This document shows, one piece after another, positions 1-9,802 of a stretch of 64,000 nucleotides of DNA. Each line of letters starts with the position of its first letter. Positions within the stretch are counted from its first letter, which is position 1. Position numbers and translations under genes: made by a program. Source of the stretch: an uncultured delta proteobacterium (lineage in GTDB: Bacteria > Myxococcota > Myxococcia > Myxococcales > Myxococcaceae); NCBI GenBank assembly GCA_963796055.1, contig CAWCKH010000004.1:2688001-2752000 (forward strand). Direction: 5' to 3'. The notes beneath the pieces are model-generated. The model saw nothing but the letters and a program-made list of their open reading frames with translations, searched no databases and was not told the origin of the DNA.

Positions 1-397
1 GCTCGGCTTCCTGGCCTTCCTGCTGCTCGCTCCCGGGGCCCGATGGACCACTGTCCTGCCGGGCGGGGTGCTCCTCGGCCTCGGGCTGTCCCTGGCGGTG
101 GCTCCGCTGACGGTCGCGGTGCTCGACGCGGTGGGTCCGGAACGGGCGGGGATTGCCTCGGGGGTGAACAACGCAATCGCCCGGCTGGCGGGGCTGCTCG
201 GGGTGGCGGCGGTGCCCTGGGCGGCGGGGCTATCCGGACCGGGGCGGATGCTCGACCCGGAGGAGCTGACCGTCGGCTTTCACCGGGCGACGGTGCTCTG
301 CGCAGGCCTCTGTCTCGCCGCGGCGGTCGCCTCCGCGGTGTGGGTCCCGTCCCGGAGACCGGCTCCGGGTTCAGCCAGCGGAGCGGGGGAGGCCTGA
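1..397 (+). CDS. MFS transporter (DHA2-like), C-terminal part, truncated by the window start
   Basis: The frame is open from position 2 (LGFLAFLLL...). Hydrophobic helices and the ERAGIASGVNNAIARLAGLLG motif are typical of DHA2 MFS C-termini. Confidence 0.8.
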   Translation, partial: LGFLAFLLLAPGARWTTVLPGGVLLGLGLSLAVAPLTVAVLDAVGPERAGIASGVNNAIARLAGLLGVAAVPWAAGLSGPGRMLDPEELTVGFHRATVLCAGLCLAAAVASAVWVPSRRPAPGSASGAGEA

Positions 398-432
398 GGG
401 GGCCGGCGCGGAAGCCGGCGTCCGATGGCGAC

Positions 433-831
433 TCAGCCGAGGGCCGCAATTCCTGCGCGGGCGACCTGCTCGTCCTCGTGCGAGGCGACGCCGGAGACTC
501 CCACCGCGCCGACGCACTCGCCCTCCACCTGGATGGGAAGGCCGCCCTGCACCCGGAGCTGCCCGGGGAAGGCGACCAGGGCGGGCCGTTCCTTCACCAC
601 CTCCTCGAGGGCCTTGGTGGGAAGCCGCAGCATCGCTGCCGTCCAGGCCTTCCGGGTGGCGATCTCCGCGCTCGGAAGTGGAGCGCCGTCCATCCGCTCG
701 AGCAGGAGCAGGAATCCGCCGTCATCCACCACCGCGATGCTGACGTTCCACCGTCGCTGCTCGGCCTCGGCGCGGGCAGCGTCGATCATCCGGCGGGCAT
801 CGGAAAGGGAAAGGGCGCGCTTGGTTCTCAT
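433..831 (-). CDS. GlcG/HbpS (DUF336) heme-binding family protein
   Basis: Motifs VSIAVVDDGG, ERMDGA, IATRKAWTA, GGLPI and GAVGVSG. Start taken at MRTKRALS. Confidence 0.88.
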   Translation of the reverse strand: MRTKRALSLSDARRMIDAARAEAEQRRWNVSIAVVDDGGFLLLLERMDGAPLPSAEIATRKAWTAAMLRLPTKALEEVVKERPALVAFPGQLRVQGGLPIQVEGECVGAVGVSGVASHEDEQVARAGIAALG

Positions 832-1004
832 GCGCGCCCCATAACGCCGTGGACACCCCGGGGGGAAGGGGCGCATGTCTTCATCTACCCACCTGCGGTT
901 TCGAAAAGCACGAACAGGGCGCGAGGAACGTCAGCCCACGCCCGTACGGTGGGAACCCGCTGATCGCCCGTCCAGGGCGGCTGCAGGGTGAGGAGCGACG
1001 TGCG

Positions 1005-2441
1005 ATGGACGTGTCCTGGGTGGCGGGGACGGGCGTGCTGGTGGCCGCGGCGGCGGCGCTCGGCTGGGTGCTCGGCCGGGCGCGGCTTGCGGCCATCCAG
1101 GCCCGCGAGCGGGCGGCGCTCGAGGCCGCCCACCAGGTGCTGGCGGAGCGGGTGCGGGCCCGGGAGGTGGACCTCCAGGAGCAGGCGCGCGCCATCGCCA
1201 CTGCGACCGCCCGGGCGGAGGCGCTGGAGGAGGCGCGTTCGCGCGCACTGGCCGAGATCGCCGCCGAGCGGGCCGCGCGGGCCGAGGAGCAGCGGGCCAT
1301 GGATGAGAAGCTGCGCCTCGTTCAGGCGACCCAGGAGCAGCTGACCGAGCGCTTCAAGGCGCTCTCCCACGACGCGCTCCAGGCGAACGCCCAGAGCTTC
1401 CTCGAGTACGCCAGGACCCAGCTGGAGAAGACCCAGGAAGTCGCCAAGGTCGAGCTGGATGCCCGGTCGACCGCCATCGACGTGCTCGTCGCGCCCATCC
1501 GTGAGGCGCTGGAGAAGGTGGACGGCAAGCTGGCCGAGCTGGATCAGTCCCGCGAGCGGGCACAGGGTGCGCTGGGGGCGCAGCTCCGGGCCCTCGCCGA
1601 GTCGCAGGATGCGCTCCGCCAGCAGACCGAGCGCCTCGTCGGCGCCCTCCGGGCTCCGAACACCCGCGGCCGCTGGGGCGAGGTGCAGCTCCGGCGGGTC
1701 GTCGAGCTCGCGGGCATGGTGGACCGCTGCGACTTCACCGAGCAGACGCGGGTGGAGGTCGAGGGGGGGACGCTCCGGCCCGATCTCGTGGTGCACCTCC
1801 CGGGCGAGAAGCAGGTGGTGGTGGACAGCAAGGTGCCGCTCCAGGCGTACCTGGACGCGCACCAGGCCGCGGAGGAGGCCACCAAGCAATCGCGGCTCGC
1901 GGCCCACGCCGCCGACGTGCGTCGGCACGTGCGGAAGCTGAGCGAGAAGAGCTACGCCGCCCAGTTCGAGTCCGCTCCCGAGTTCGTGGTGATGTTCATG
2001 CCCGGGGAGGCCTTCCTCTTCGCCGCGCTGGAGAAGGACCCCGAGCTGATCGAGTTCGGTGCCGCCCAGAACGTCATCCTGGCCACGCCCACCACCCTCA
2101 TCGCGCTCCTCCGGGCGGTGGCCTACGGCTGGCGGCAGGAGCAGGTGGCGAGGAACGCCCGGGACATCCAGGCCCTGGGCCGCGAGCTGCACGACCGGCT
2201 GCAGACGGTGGTGAAGCACCTGGCCACGCTCGGGCAGCGGCTCGGGGGCTCGGTGGACGCCTACAACTCGGCGATCAGCTCGCTCGAGGCACGCGCCCTG
2301 GTCACTGCCCGCAAGTTCCGGGAGCTGGGCGCCGGGGGCGAGTCGGACATCCCCCGGCTCGAGCCGGTCGAGTCGCTGGTCCGGCAGCTCGACATCCCGG
2401 CGCTGCCGTCGGGGCGGCGCGGCGGGCACGAAGCGGCCTGA
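1005..2441 (+). CDS. rmuC: DNA recombination protein RmuC
   Basis: N-terminal TM helix and long coiled coil, then RGRWGEVQL, LRPDLVVHLP, VDSKVPL, EFVVMFMPGE and ATPTTLIALL. AGGAG RBS at 991. Confidence 0.93.
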   Translation: MDVSWVAGTGVLVAAAAALGWVLGRARLAAIQARERAALEAAHQVLAERVRAREVDLQEQARAIATATARAEALEEARSRALAEIAAERAARAEEQRAMDEKLRLVQATQEQLTERFKALSHDALQANAQSFLEYARTQLEKTQEVAKVELDARSTAIDVLVAPIREALEKVDGKLAELDQSRERAQGALGAQLRALAESQDALRQQTERLVGALRAPNTRGRWGEVQLRRVVELAGMVDRCDFTEQTRVEVEGGTLRPDLVVHLPGEKQVVVDSKVPLQAYLDAHQAAEEATKQSRLAAHAADVRRHVRKLSEKSYAAQFESAPEFVVMFMPGEAFLFAALEKDPELIEFGAAQNVILATPTTLIALLRAVAYGWRQEQVARNARDIQALGRELHDRLQTVVKHLATLGQRLGGSVDAYNSAISSLEARALVTARKFRELGAGGESDIPRLEPVESLVRQLDIPALPSGRRGGHEAA

Positions 2442-2465
2442 GGCGCCCCTTCCGCAGCCGCTGCG

Positions 2466-3635
2466 TCAGGCTGCCTCGAAGAGTGCCGCCGCGCCCATCC
2501 CGCCTCCGATGCACATCGTCACCACGCCGTAACGGCCGCCGCGCCGCTTGAGCTCCCGGAGCAGGGTCGCGGTCAGCCGCGTCCCGGAGACGCCCAGCGG
2601 ATGCCCGAGGGCGATGGCCCCGCCGTTGGGGTTCACCTTCGACCGATCGATGCCCAGCTCGCGGATGCAGTACAGCGCCTGCGCGGCGAAGGCCTCGTTC
2701 AGCTCGAAGAGGTCGATGTCCTTCACCTCGAGCTTGTTCTTCGCCAGCAGCTTCCGCACCGCCGGGACCGGGCCGATGCCCATGATCTCCGGAGGCACGC
2801 CGGCCACCTGGAAGTCGATGAAGTAGCCCAGCGGCTTGACCCCCAGCGCCCTGGCCTTCTCCTCGGACATCACCACCGCCGCCCCGGCGCCGTCGGTCAA
2901 GGGCGAGGCGTTGCCGGCGGTGACCGTCCCCCGGGGGTTGAAGGCTGGCTTCAGCTTGGCCAGGCCCTCCAGCGTGGTGTCCGGCCGGAGGATGGTGTCC
3001 TCGCTGACGGTCACCTCGTGCGGCGTCCCGCCGTCGTCGAACACCTCGGTCTTCACCGGGATGATCTCCTCCTTGAAGATGCCTTTCTTGCGGGCCTCGG
3101 CGGCGCGCCGCTGGCTCTCGTATGCGAAGGCGTCCTGGTCGGCCCGGGAGACCTCGAGGCGCCGGGCCACGTTCTCCGCGGTGGCGCCCATCGAGGTGTA
3201 GATCTCCGGCTGCTTCTCCATGAGCTCCGGATTGGCGGAGACCTTGTTCCCGCCCATCGGCACCATGCTCATCGACTCGGTGCCGCCGGCCACCGCGACG
3301 TCGTACATCCCCGCGGCGATGGACTGGGCGACCTGAGCGATGGACTGCACGCCCGAGCTGCAGAAGCGGTTGATGGTCATGGCCGGCACGCTGTCCGGCA
3401 GCCCGGCGAGGAGCGCCGCCTGGCGGGCGACGTTCATGCCCTGCTCGGCCTCGGGCATCGCGCAGCCGAGCACCACGTCGTCCACCGCCGAGGGCTGGAG
3501 CCCGGGCACGGCGGAGACCGCGGCGCGGATGGCCGCGGCGGCCAGGGTGTCGGGACGGGTGTCCTTGAACTCGCCCTTGAGGGCGCGGGTGAAGGGGGTG
3601 CGGACGGCGCTGGCGATGACGACTCGGGAAGCCAT
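2466..3635 (-). CDS. fadA: Acetyl-CoA C-acyltransferase (thiolase)
   Basis: Catalytic motifs NRFCSSG, NEAFA, GHPLG and CIGGGMG. Confidence 0.95.
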   Translation of the reverse strand: MASRVVIASAVRTPFTRALKGEFKDTRPDTLAAAAIRAAVSAVPGLQPSAVDDVVLGCAMPEAEQGMNVARQAALLAGLPDSVPAMTINRFCSSGVQSIAQVAQSIAAGMYDVAVAGGTESMSMVPMGGNKVSANPELMEKQPEIYTSMGATAENVARRLEVSRADQDAFAYESQRRAAEARKKGIFKEEIIPVKTEVFDDGGTPHEVTVSEDTILRPDTTLEGLAKLKPAFNPRGTVTAGNASPLTDGAGAAVVMSEEKARALGVKPLGYFIDFQVAGVPPEIMGIGPVPAVRKLLAKNKLEVKDIDLFELNEAFAAQALYCIRELGIDRSKVNPNGGAIALGHPLGVSGTRLTATLLRELKRRGGRYGVVTMCIGGGMGAAALFEAA

Positions 3636-3647
3636 GGTCTCGTTCTC

Positions 3648-6047
3648 CTAACCGACTAGTTCCGGAGCGGCTTGCCGGTCTCCAGCATGCGCGGCGATCC
3701 GGTCCTGGGTCTTCTCCTCGCCACAGAGCGAGAGGAAGGCCTCGCGCTCGAGGTCGAGCAGGTGCTGCTCGCTCACCGGGGTGAACGCCGAGACGTCGCC
3801 GCCGGTGATGACGTGCGCCAGCTTCTGGCCGATGTGACGGTCGTACCCGGAGATCTGATTGTTCACCTGCATGTCGTACAGCATCATGTCCACCGTCGCC
3901 GCGCCGCTCCGGCCGGGGAGCCGGAAGTGCGTGGGCCGCGGCGGCCGGAATCCCGACTCTGCCATTCCCAGCACCCGCGCCTTGGCGTCACCGAGGAGGA
4001 AGTCGCGGTTGAGGCTGATCCCGTCGGCGCGGCCGAGGAAGCCCATCTCCCGGGCCTCCTCCGCCGAGGTGGCCACCTTCGCCGTGCCGATGGTGAGGAA
4101 CAGCTTCTTCAAGAAAGGCAGCGGATCGAAGTCGCGGTCGGTGGCGAACGGGCCGTAGAGGTTCCGGAGCAGCATGAGGTTTCCGCCGCCGCCGGGGATG
4201 AGTCCCACCCCCACCTCGACCAGGCCCATGTAGAGCTCGGCCGCGGCCTGGATGGCGTTGGCTCCCATCGTGACCTCGGCGCCGCCGCCCAGGGTGAGGC
4301 CGAACGGGGCGGCCACCACCGGAATGGGGCTGTAGCGCATCCGCTGGTTCGTGGCCTGGAAGTCACTGACCAGCTTCTCCACCGAGGCCAGGTCCTCGCT
4401 CTTGATGGCCATCAGCAGGGCCATGATGTTGGCGCCGGCCGAGAAGTTCGCCCCGTCGTTGCCGATGACCAGGCCGCTGGCGGAGGCCTCGGCGCGGTCG
4501 AGGGCCCGGTTCATCATCGCGACGATGCCGTCGTCGATGGAGTTCATCTTGGTGTGGAACTCGAGCAGCAGGGCCCGGTCGCCCATGTCCCAGAGCGTCG
4601 CGCTCTCGTTCCCGTCCAGCCGCCGGTTCGCGCGGCGGAGGTGCTCGACGCGCAGGGTGCGCGGATTCTCGCTCACCGGGGCCGGCTTCCTGGCCGGGAT
4701 GTCCCAGGCGGTGTCCTTCGTCCCCTCGACGCCGTAGAAGCTCTCCCGGCCCGAGGCGAGCATCTGCTCCACCCAGGCCGCTGGCTTCAGCCCTAGCTCC
4801 TTCATCCGCTCCACGCCCTTGCGCACGCCGTACGCGTCCCACACCTGGAAGGGCCCGAGGTCCCAGGCGAAGCCCCAGCGGAGCGCGCGGTCGATGTTCA
4901 CCAGGTCGTCGGAGATCTCCGGGATGCGGCGGCTGGCGTAGGCCAGCGTCTCCAGGGTCACCCGCTCGGCGAACCGTGCCGCCTTGTCGGTCCCGGTGAG
5001 CACGGTGCGGATGCGCTCGGCGACGTCGTCGATGCCCTTCGCCGCGCCGAGCGAGTCGAAGCGGACCTTCTGCTGTGGCCGGTAGGTGAGGGTGGCGAGG
5101 TCGAGGGCCTGGATCTCGCTCTCCCCGTCCTTGCCCTTCACCTTCTTGTAGAAGCCGCCGCCCGTCTTGTCCCCGAGCATCTTCGCCGCGACCATCTTCT
5201 TGACGAACTCGGGGACGAGGAACGTGTCGCGCTCCTCGTCCTGGGTCAGAGTGTCGTAGCAGTTCTGGGCCACGTGGACGAAGGTGTCCAGGCCGACGAT
5301 GTCGGTGGTGCGGAACACCGCGCTCTTCGGCCGTCCCATCGCCGGGCCGAAGATCTTGTCCACCTCCTCGACGGTGAGCTCCGCCTTCGGCATGTCGCTG
5401 AGCACCCGCAGCATCCCGTAGGTGCCGATGCGGTTGGCGATGAAGTTGGTCGAGTCCTTCGCCCAGACGATGCCCTTGCCCAGCGTCTCCTCGCCGAAGC
5501 GGGCCATGCGGGCCAGGACGCCCGGGTCGGTGTCCGGACCGGCCACCAGCTCCAGCAGCTTCATGTACCGGACGGGGTTGAAGAAGTGGGTGACCAGGAA
5601 GCTCTTCCGGAACGCGGGCCCCCGTCCCTGGAGCATCCCGGTGACCGACAGGCCCGAGGTGTTGGAGCTGATGACCGCTCCCGGCTTGAGGTGCGGCTCG
5701 ACCCTGGCGAAGAGCGCCTGCTTGACCGCCATGTCCTCCTTCACCACCTCCACCACCCAGTCGCACTCGGCGATGCGCTGCAGGTCGTCCTCGAAGTTCC
5801 CCACCTCGATGAGGTCGAGCGCGGCGGGAGTGAAGAGCGGAGCCGGCCGGAGCTTCTTCATGTTCGCCAGCCCCGCGAGCGCGAACTTGTTCCGGAAGGC
5901 CTTCTTGCTCCGGTCCTCGCCCGGACCGGCCTCCGGCGGGACGAGGTCCAGCATCAGGACGGGGATGCCGGCGTTGGCCACGTGGGCGGCGATGCCGCTG
6001 CCCATGACGCCGGAACCGAGGACCGCGACCTTTCGGATGAGGCTCAT
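3648..6047 (-). CDS. fadN: 3-hydroxyacyl-CoA dehydrogenase / enoyl-CoA hydratase (FadN-type), with a probable frameshift in the last ~12 codons
   Basis: Rossmann GSGVMG, SNTSG and HFFNP motifs, then a C-terminal crotonase domain (FSAGAN, GGGAE, GLVEVGVGLIP). The canonical end MLETGKPLRN* lies in another frame (stop at 3656). Confidence 0.93.
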   Translation of the reverse strand: MSLIRKVAVLGSGVMGSGIAAHVANAGIPVLMLDLVPPEAGPGEDRSKKAFRNKFALAGLANMKKLRPAPLFTPAALDLIEVGNFEDDLQRIAECDWVVEVVKEDMAVKQALFARVEPHLKPGAVISSNTSGLSVTGMLQGRGPAFRKSFLVTHFFNPVRYMKLLELVAGPDTDPGVLARMARFGEETLGKGIVWAKDSTNFIANRIGTYGMLRVLSDMPKAELTVEEVDKIFGPAMGRPKSAVFRTTDIVGLDTFVHVAQNCYDTLTQDEERDTFLVPEFVKKMVAAKMLGDKTGGGFYKKVKGKDGESEIQALDLATLTYRPQQKVRFDSLGAAKGIDDVAERIRTVLTGTDKAARFAERVTLETLAYASRRIPEISDDLVNIDRALRWGFAWDLGPFQVWDAYGVRKGVERMKELGLKPAAWVEQMLASGRESFYGVEGTKDTAWDIPARKPAPVSENPRTLRVEHLRRANRRLDGNESATLWDMGDRALLLEFHTKMNSIDDGIVAMMNRALDRAEASASGLVIGNDGANFSAGANIMALLMAIKSEDLASVEKLVSDFQATNQRMRYSPIPVVAAPFGLTLGGGAEVTMGANAIQAAAELYMGLVEVGVGLIPGGGGNLMLLRNLYGPFATDRDFDPLPFLKKLFLTIGTAKVATSAEEAREMGFLGRADGISLNRDFLLGDAKARVLGMAESGFRPPRPTHFRLPGRSGAATVDMMLYDMQVNNQISGYDRHIGQKLAHVITGGDVSAFTPVSEQHLLDLEREAFLSLCGEEKTQDRIAAHAGDRQAAPELVG

Positions 6048-6099
6048 CGGAGTGTCTCCCTGCGCGCGCTGACGCGCCGTGTCGGGCGCACCCTATGCG

Positions 6100-6115
6100 A
6101 CTGACTCGATAATCA
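6100..6115. promoter_or_regulatory. Candidate palindromic operator ACTGACTCGATAATCA upstream of fadN
   Basis: TGA-N8-TCA dyad, 14/16 identical to the site at 12881-12896. It sits next to a TAGGGT -10-like hexamer on the minus strand. Confidence 0.6.
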
Positions 6116-6218
6116 ACAAGGCCGAAGAAGACAGCGGTTTCGTAACGGAAACCGCGCCACGGAAGCGGCCAGCCGGCCGTCCCGGACGTCGGGGACGGGC
6201 GCCCGGGAGCTCCTGCCG

Positions 6219-6881
6219 TTAGTCCCCGTTCCAGTCGGAGGCCGGCAGGATCTTCCACCCCGTGTCCAGGCCCCGCGACGTGGTGAAGCGCAAGATCCGC
6301 AGCGGCCAGCGGCGCACTTCCTTCCGCGGGCCCTCGAGGCTCTCGATGGTCATGCGGTGGACCTCGAGGGTGTACGTGCCGTCGGTTCCTGCCTGCGCCA
6401 GCAGCGGGCGAATCGGGTTCTTCGGGTGCCAGTAGACGGGCTTGCTGACCCGGGCGATGTACGCGAAGACGGGCAGCGCGCGGTTGAAGCGGCTCGCCCG
6501 CTCCCGGGTGGGGGCGAGCAGCTTGTTCGCCTCGGCCTCCGACAGCTCCCTGACTTGAAGCTCGTTGCCGAGCGCGCCGGACTGGTTGAGGAGGCTGGCC
6601 AGGGTGGCCCGGCCCGCCTTGTCGAGGTCCGTCATCATCTCCGCGGCGATCAGCAGCTGGGCCGTCTCCCGGCGCACCGGGTCCTCGGCGATGATCCGCC
6701 AGCTTCCAATCGTGGCGATGGAGGCGTTCATCGTCACCCCACCGAGCAACGACTCCCGGGCGGCGTCGTCACCGGTGCCGGTGAGCGCGTCCAGGTAGGA
6801 GCGCGCCACCTGGTGAACGGCGTCCTCCTGCGCGGCCGCGCCGAGGGAGACCAGCAACGTCAGGAGAGCGAGGCGCGGCAC
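6219..6881 (-). CDS. Hypothetical secreted protein
   Basis: GTG start with a signal peptide (PRLALLTLLVSLGAAA|Q) and a globular-looking mature part. The longer ORF in the track extends into non-coding-looking sequence. Confidence 0.75.
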   Translation of the reverse strand: MPRLALLTLLVSLGAAAQEDAVHQVARSYLDALTGTGDDAARESLLGGVTMNASIATIGSWRIIAEDPVRRETAQLLIAAEMMTDLDKAGRATLASLLNQSGALGNELQVRELSEAEANKLLAPTRERASRFNRALPVFAYIARVSKPVYWHPKNPIRPLLAQAGTDGTYTLEVHRMTIESLEGPRKEVRRWPLRILRFTTSRGLDTGWKILPASDWNGD

Positions 6882-7007
6882 GGGGGAGAGAGTGGAATTT
6901 TTACGACAGCACGCGCGGAGGCCTCCAGGCGCGTGGGGAGCAGGATGTAGGTTGCCCCGCCCGCCCCGAGGGCCTAACTCCCCTCGGCCGGGCCGGATGG
7001 AGGCGAC

Positions 7008-7457
7008 GTGAGACACGGAAGACGGTGGTGGTTGCTCCTCGGGCTGCTGGGCGCGCTGGCCGCGGCGCCCCGGGCCGCGGAGGCGCAGGAGTTCGACCTC
7101 GACGCCGGGGCGGACTACTGGACCCAGTCCCCGGGGATGGGGATCTTCTCCTTCGGGCTGGACACGCTCTGGCGCGTGGCACCCGGGTTCCAACTCGGCT
7201 TCAAGCCGGGGTTCTTCCTGACCACCTCGGGTGACATCCCTGCCGGCATCCCGATCGACTTCAAGGTCCGGGTGGACGTGGGGCGGGTGTACGTCGATGG
7301 GTTCGTGGGCCCCTGGTTCTTCTTCAAGGGCGACGTGGCCCGCATCCACGTAGGAATGGGAGCCGGGCTGCGCTTCGGTCGGCTGCTCCTGGGCGGCGAG
7401 GTGTCGTACCTCAACAACGGAGCGACGTTCGGCGGACGGATCGGTTTCCAGCTTTGA
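7008..7457 (+). CDS. Small outer-membrane beta-barrel-like protein
   Basis: Signal peptide ending AEA|Q, alternating amphipathic strands, C-terminal GGRIGFQL beta-signal-like end. GGAGG RBS. Confidence 0.7.
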   Translation: MRHGRRWWLLLGLLGALAAAPRAAEAQEFDLDAGADYWTQSPGMGIFSFGLDTLWRVAPGFQLGFKPGFFLTTSGDIPAGIPIDFKVRVDVGRVYVDGFVGPWFFFKGDVARIHVGMGAGLRFGRLLLGGEVSYLNNGATFGGRIGFQL

Positions 7458-7623
7458 GCCTGGACGGCGGCGCGGGCCATCCACATGTCGGCAGGCCGGG
7501 GCAGCGCGACGCCGCCGTGGTGACGGTCGGGCAGCTCGTTGGCGAGCTGCACCCTGGAACGCCCGCGATGGAGGCTGCGCCCTGAGCGGCGCGTGCCTCA
7601 CCGGCGACGCCCGGGACCCCGCC

Positions 7624-8310
7624 GTGCTGGCGAAGGTCCTCCTCGGCCGCGCACCGTCGCTGCTCCTCACCGACCCGCCGTACTGCCTGCTCACCCGGCG
7701 GCGGAAGGGCGGCGACGAGCGCGAGCGGCGGGCCGGCCGGAAGATCGACGAGGACCCCATCCATCGCTTCGAGGACGTGCGCGCCTACCGCCGCTTCACC
7801 GCGGAGTGGCTTCCGGCTGCTGCCCGTGAGGTGGACGACGGTGGCACCCTGGCCATCTGGACCAACTTCCTTGGCAGGCAGCCGATCCTCGCCGTCGCCG
7901 CGGAGGCGGGCTTCCCGGTGCTCGCCGGCGAGTTCGTCTGGGCGAAGCTGACCACCGACGGCGGGGGAAACGAGCGGCTGGCGCGGGTGTACGAGGTCGC
8001 GCTGGTGCTGCGCCGGGAGCTTCTCCCCCCTCCGGCGCCGGGGGATGCCGCCCGACCGTGGGCGGTGGTGGCGGGCTACGACGACGAGGGCGAGGCAGCG
8101 CGCTGGGGCAGCCACCCCAACCACAAGCCGTTCGGCGTGCTCGAGCCGCTGATCCGGACCTGGTCGCGTCCGGAGGAGCTGATCCTCGACTGCTTCGCCG
8201 GGAGCGGCAGCATCCCCGCGGCGGCGACGCGGCTCCGACGGGACGTGGCCTGCATCGAGCTCGACCCCGGATGGGCGGCGCGCGTCCGGGACCGGCTGGC
8301 CGGCGGATAG
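7624..8310 (+). CDS. Orphan N4/N6 DNA methyltransferase (beta-class motif order); true start probably further upstream
   Basis: LTDPPY (motif IV) precedes HPNHKP and ILDCFAGSGS (motif I). No restriction endonuclease is adjacent. Confidence 0.85.
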   Translation: MLAKVLLGRAPSLLLTDPPYCLLTRRRKGGDERERRAGRKIDEDPIHRFEDVRAYRRFTAEWLPAAAREVDDGGTLAIWTNFLGRQPILAVAAEAGFPVLAGEFVWAKLTTDGGGNERLARVYEVALVLRRELLPPPAPGDAARPWAVVAGYDDEGEAARWGSHPNHKPFGVLEPLIRTWSRPEELILDCFAGSGSIPAAATRLRRDVACIELDPGWAARVRDRLAGG

Positions 8311-8329
8311 GGGGGCGTCTCCGCGCTCT

Positions 8330-8521
8330 TCAGCGCTGCCCGCCCTCGGATTCCCTGGGCCGGAAGTACGGGCATTCGCGCACCGGCTGGGGAGGGTACC
8401 TCTCCGGCACCAGCGGGCAGAGGATGAACGTGCTCCGTGCGGTGCGGACGTACCTCGGCGGCGCCGCGCAGCGGTGGCAGAGGCTATCCGGAAAGGGAAG
8501 GGGAACCGGAGGCTCGCTCAC
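8330..8521 (-). CDS. Small Cys-rich hypothetical protein (possible Zn binder)
   Basis: 63 aa with CxxC...C...YPxQPVxxC. AGGGGAG RBS upstream; directly follows fadL on the same strand. Confidence 0.6.
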   Translation of the reverse strand: MSEPPVPLPFPDSLCHRCAAPPRYVRTARSTFILCPLVPERYPPQPVRECPYFRPRESEGGQR

Positions 8522-8568
8522 GGCTCCCCTTCAAGCACGCCCCGGCGCGGGAGCGGAACTGCGGCCCG

Positions 8569-9777
8569 CTAGATCTTGAACCCGAAGGTCAGGGCGATGA
8601 CGTGCGCGGTCGCGCTGTAGTCGTAACGGTACTTCGGGTTCGGGTAGGTGCTGGTCTCCCCGAGGAACTTGATGAACTGGTACGCGAGCTCGAACCGGAA
8701 TGCGCCGAACCGGTAGGTGCCGCCGAGCCCGATGTTGATCCGGTCGGTGTCCGGGATGTCCGGCAGCAGGGTCAGGGTCGGGCTCGGCGTCTTGTCGTAG
8801 AGGATGCCGGTCCGGAGCTGGAGGTGCTCGTTGAACGTGTACTCGGCCCCGATGCGGTAGTTCCAGCTGTGGTGCCACTGCTTGGCTTCGTAGGTGTTGA
8901 GCTGGGGATCGTCGAACTTGATCTCGATCGCCTGGAGCTGCTGCCAGGCGAAGTAGTTCAGGTCCACGTCGAGGACCAGCTCGGGGATGGGACGCACCGC
9001 CACCCCGAACCCGAAGGTGTCGGGCAGCTTGAGGCTGGTGTGCGCCGCCTGGTCCTTGAAGGTGCCGGCGTACGACGGGGGCACGTTCTCGAAGTGCGCG
9101 TTGCCGTCGAAGTTGAGGTTTACCGAGCTGCGGTAGGTGGCGCCGAGGGTGAGGACCTTCTCGATGGCCTCGTACTGGATCCCGACGTTCCCCCCCACGC
9201 CCCAGGCGCCGGCCCCGAGGTCGACGCCGACATCGCCTTCGGGGAGGATGACGTCCTTGGTCAGCTCGACGGTGGCGCGGACGATCTGGATGCCGCCGCC
9301 GATCCGGAACGGGCCGTTGCGGTAGGCCACCGTGGGGTTGATGTCGTAGACCTTGAGATCCGCCTTCTTGATGATCTCCCGTGCCTCCCAGTCCGGTTCC
9401 CACTCGACCTTCAGCCCGTAAGGGGTCATCACCCCGAGGCCCACCGTCCACTCGTCGCTGATCCCCCAGGTCGCGTAGAGGTGCGCCGGGGTGATGAGGT
9501 TGGAGACGCCGTTGATCTCCTGCCCGGCCGGATTGTGCACCGTGAAGGCGGGGATGATCGGCGCCACTCCGATCATGACCTCCAGCCCCTGACCCTGGGC
9601 GATGCCCGCGGGGTTGAAGTAGATGCCCGAGGCGTCGTCCACCGCGCCGATCAGCGACCCAGCCATTCCCACCCCGCGCGCCGACTGCAGGTCGACCGCG
9701 ATGCCCGCTGCCCGGGCGGAGCCCCCGGCCACCGCGGCGAGGCCCATCACTGCGAACATGAGCTTCTTCATGTGCAT
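8569..9777 (-). CDS. fadL: OmpP1/FadL long-chain fatty acid outer-membrane transporter
   Basis: Signal peptide, SARGVGMAG, DDASGIYFNPAG hatch motif, amphipathic strands, LPDIPDTDR, C-terminal FGFKI. Confidence 0.9.
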   Translation of the reverse strand: MHMKKLMFAVMGLAAVAGGSARAAGIAVDLQSARGVGMAGSLIGAVDDASGIYFNPAGIAQGQGLEVMIGVAPIIPAFTVHNPAGQEINGVSNLITPAHLYATWGISDEWTVGLGVMTPYGLKVEWEPDWEAREIIKKADLKVYDINPTVAYRNGPFRIGGGIQIVRATVELTKDVILPEGDVGVDLGAGAWGVGGNVGIQYEAIEKVLTLGATYRSSVNLNFDGNAHFENVPPSYAGTFKDQAAHTSLKLPDTFGFGVAVRPIPELVLDVDLNYFAWQQLQAIEIKFDDPQLNTYEAKQWHHSWNYRIGAEYTFNEHLQLRTGILYDKTPSPTLTLLPDIPDTDRINIGLGGTYRFGAFRFELAYQFIKFLGETSTYPNPKYRYDYSATAHVIALTFGFKI

Positions 9778-9802
9778 GTGCCTTTCCTGGTGCACGAGGT
9801 GA

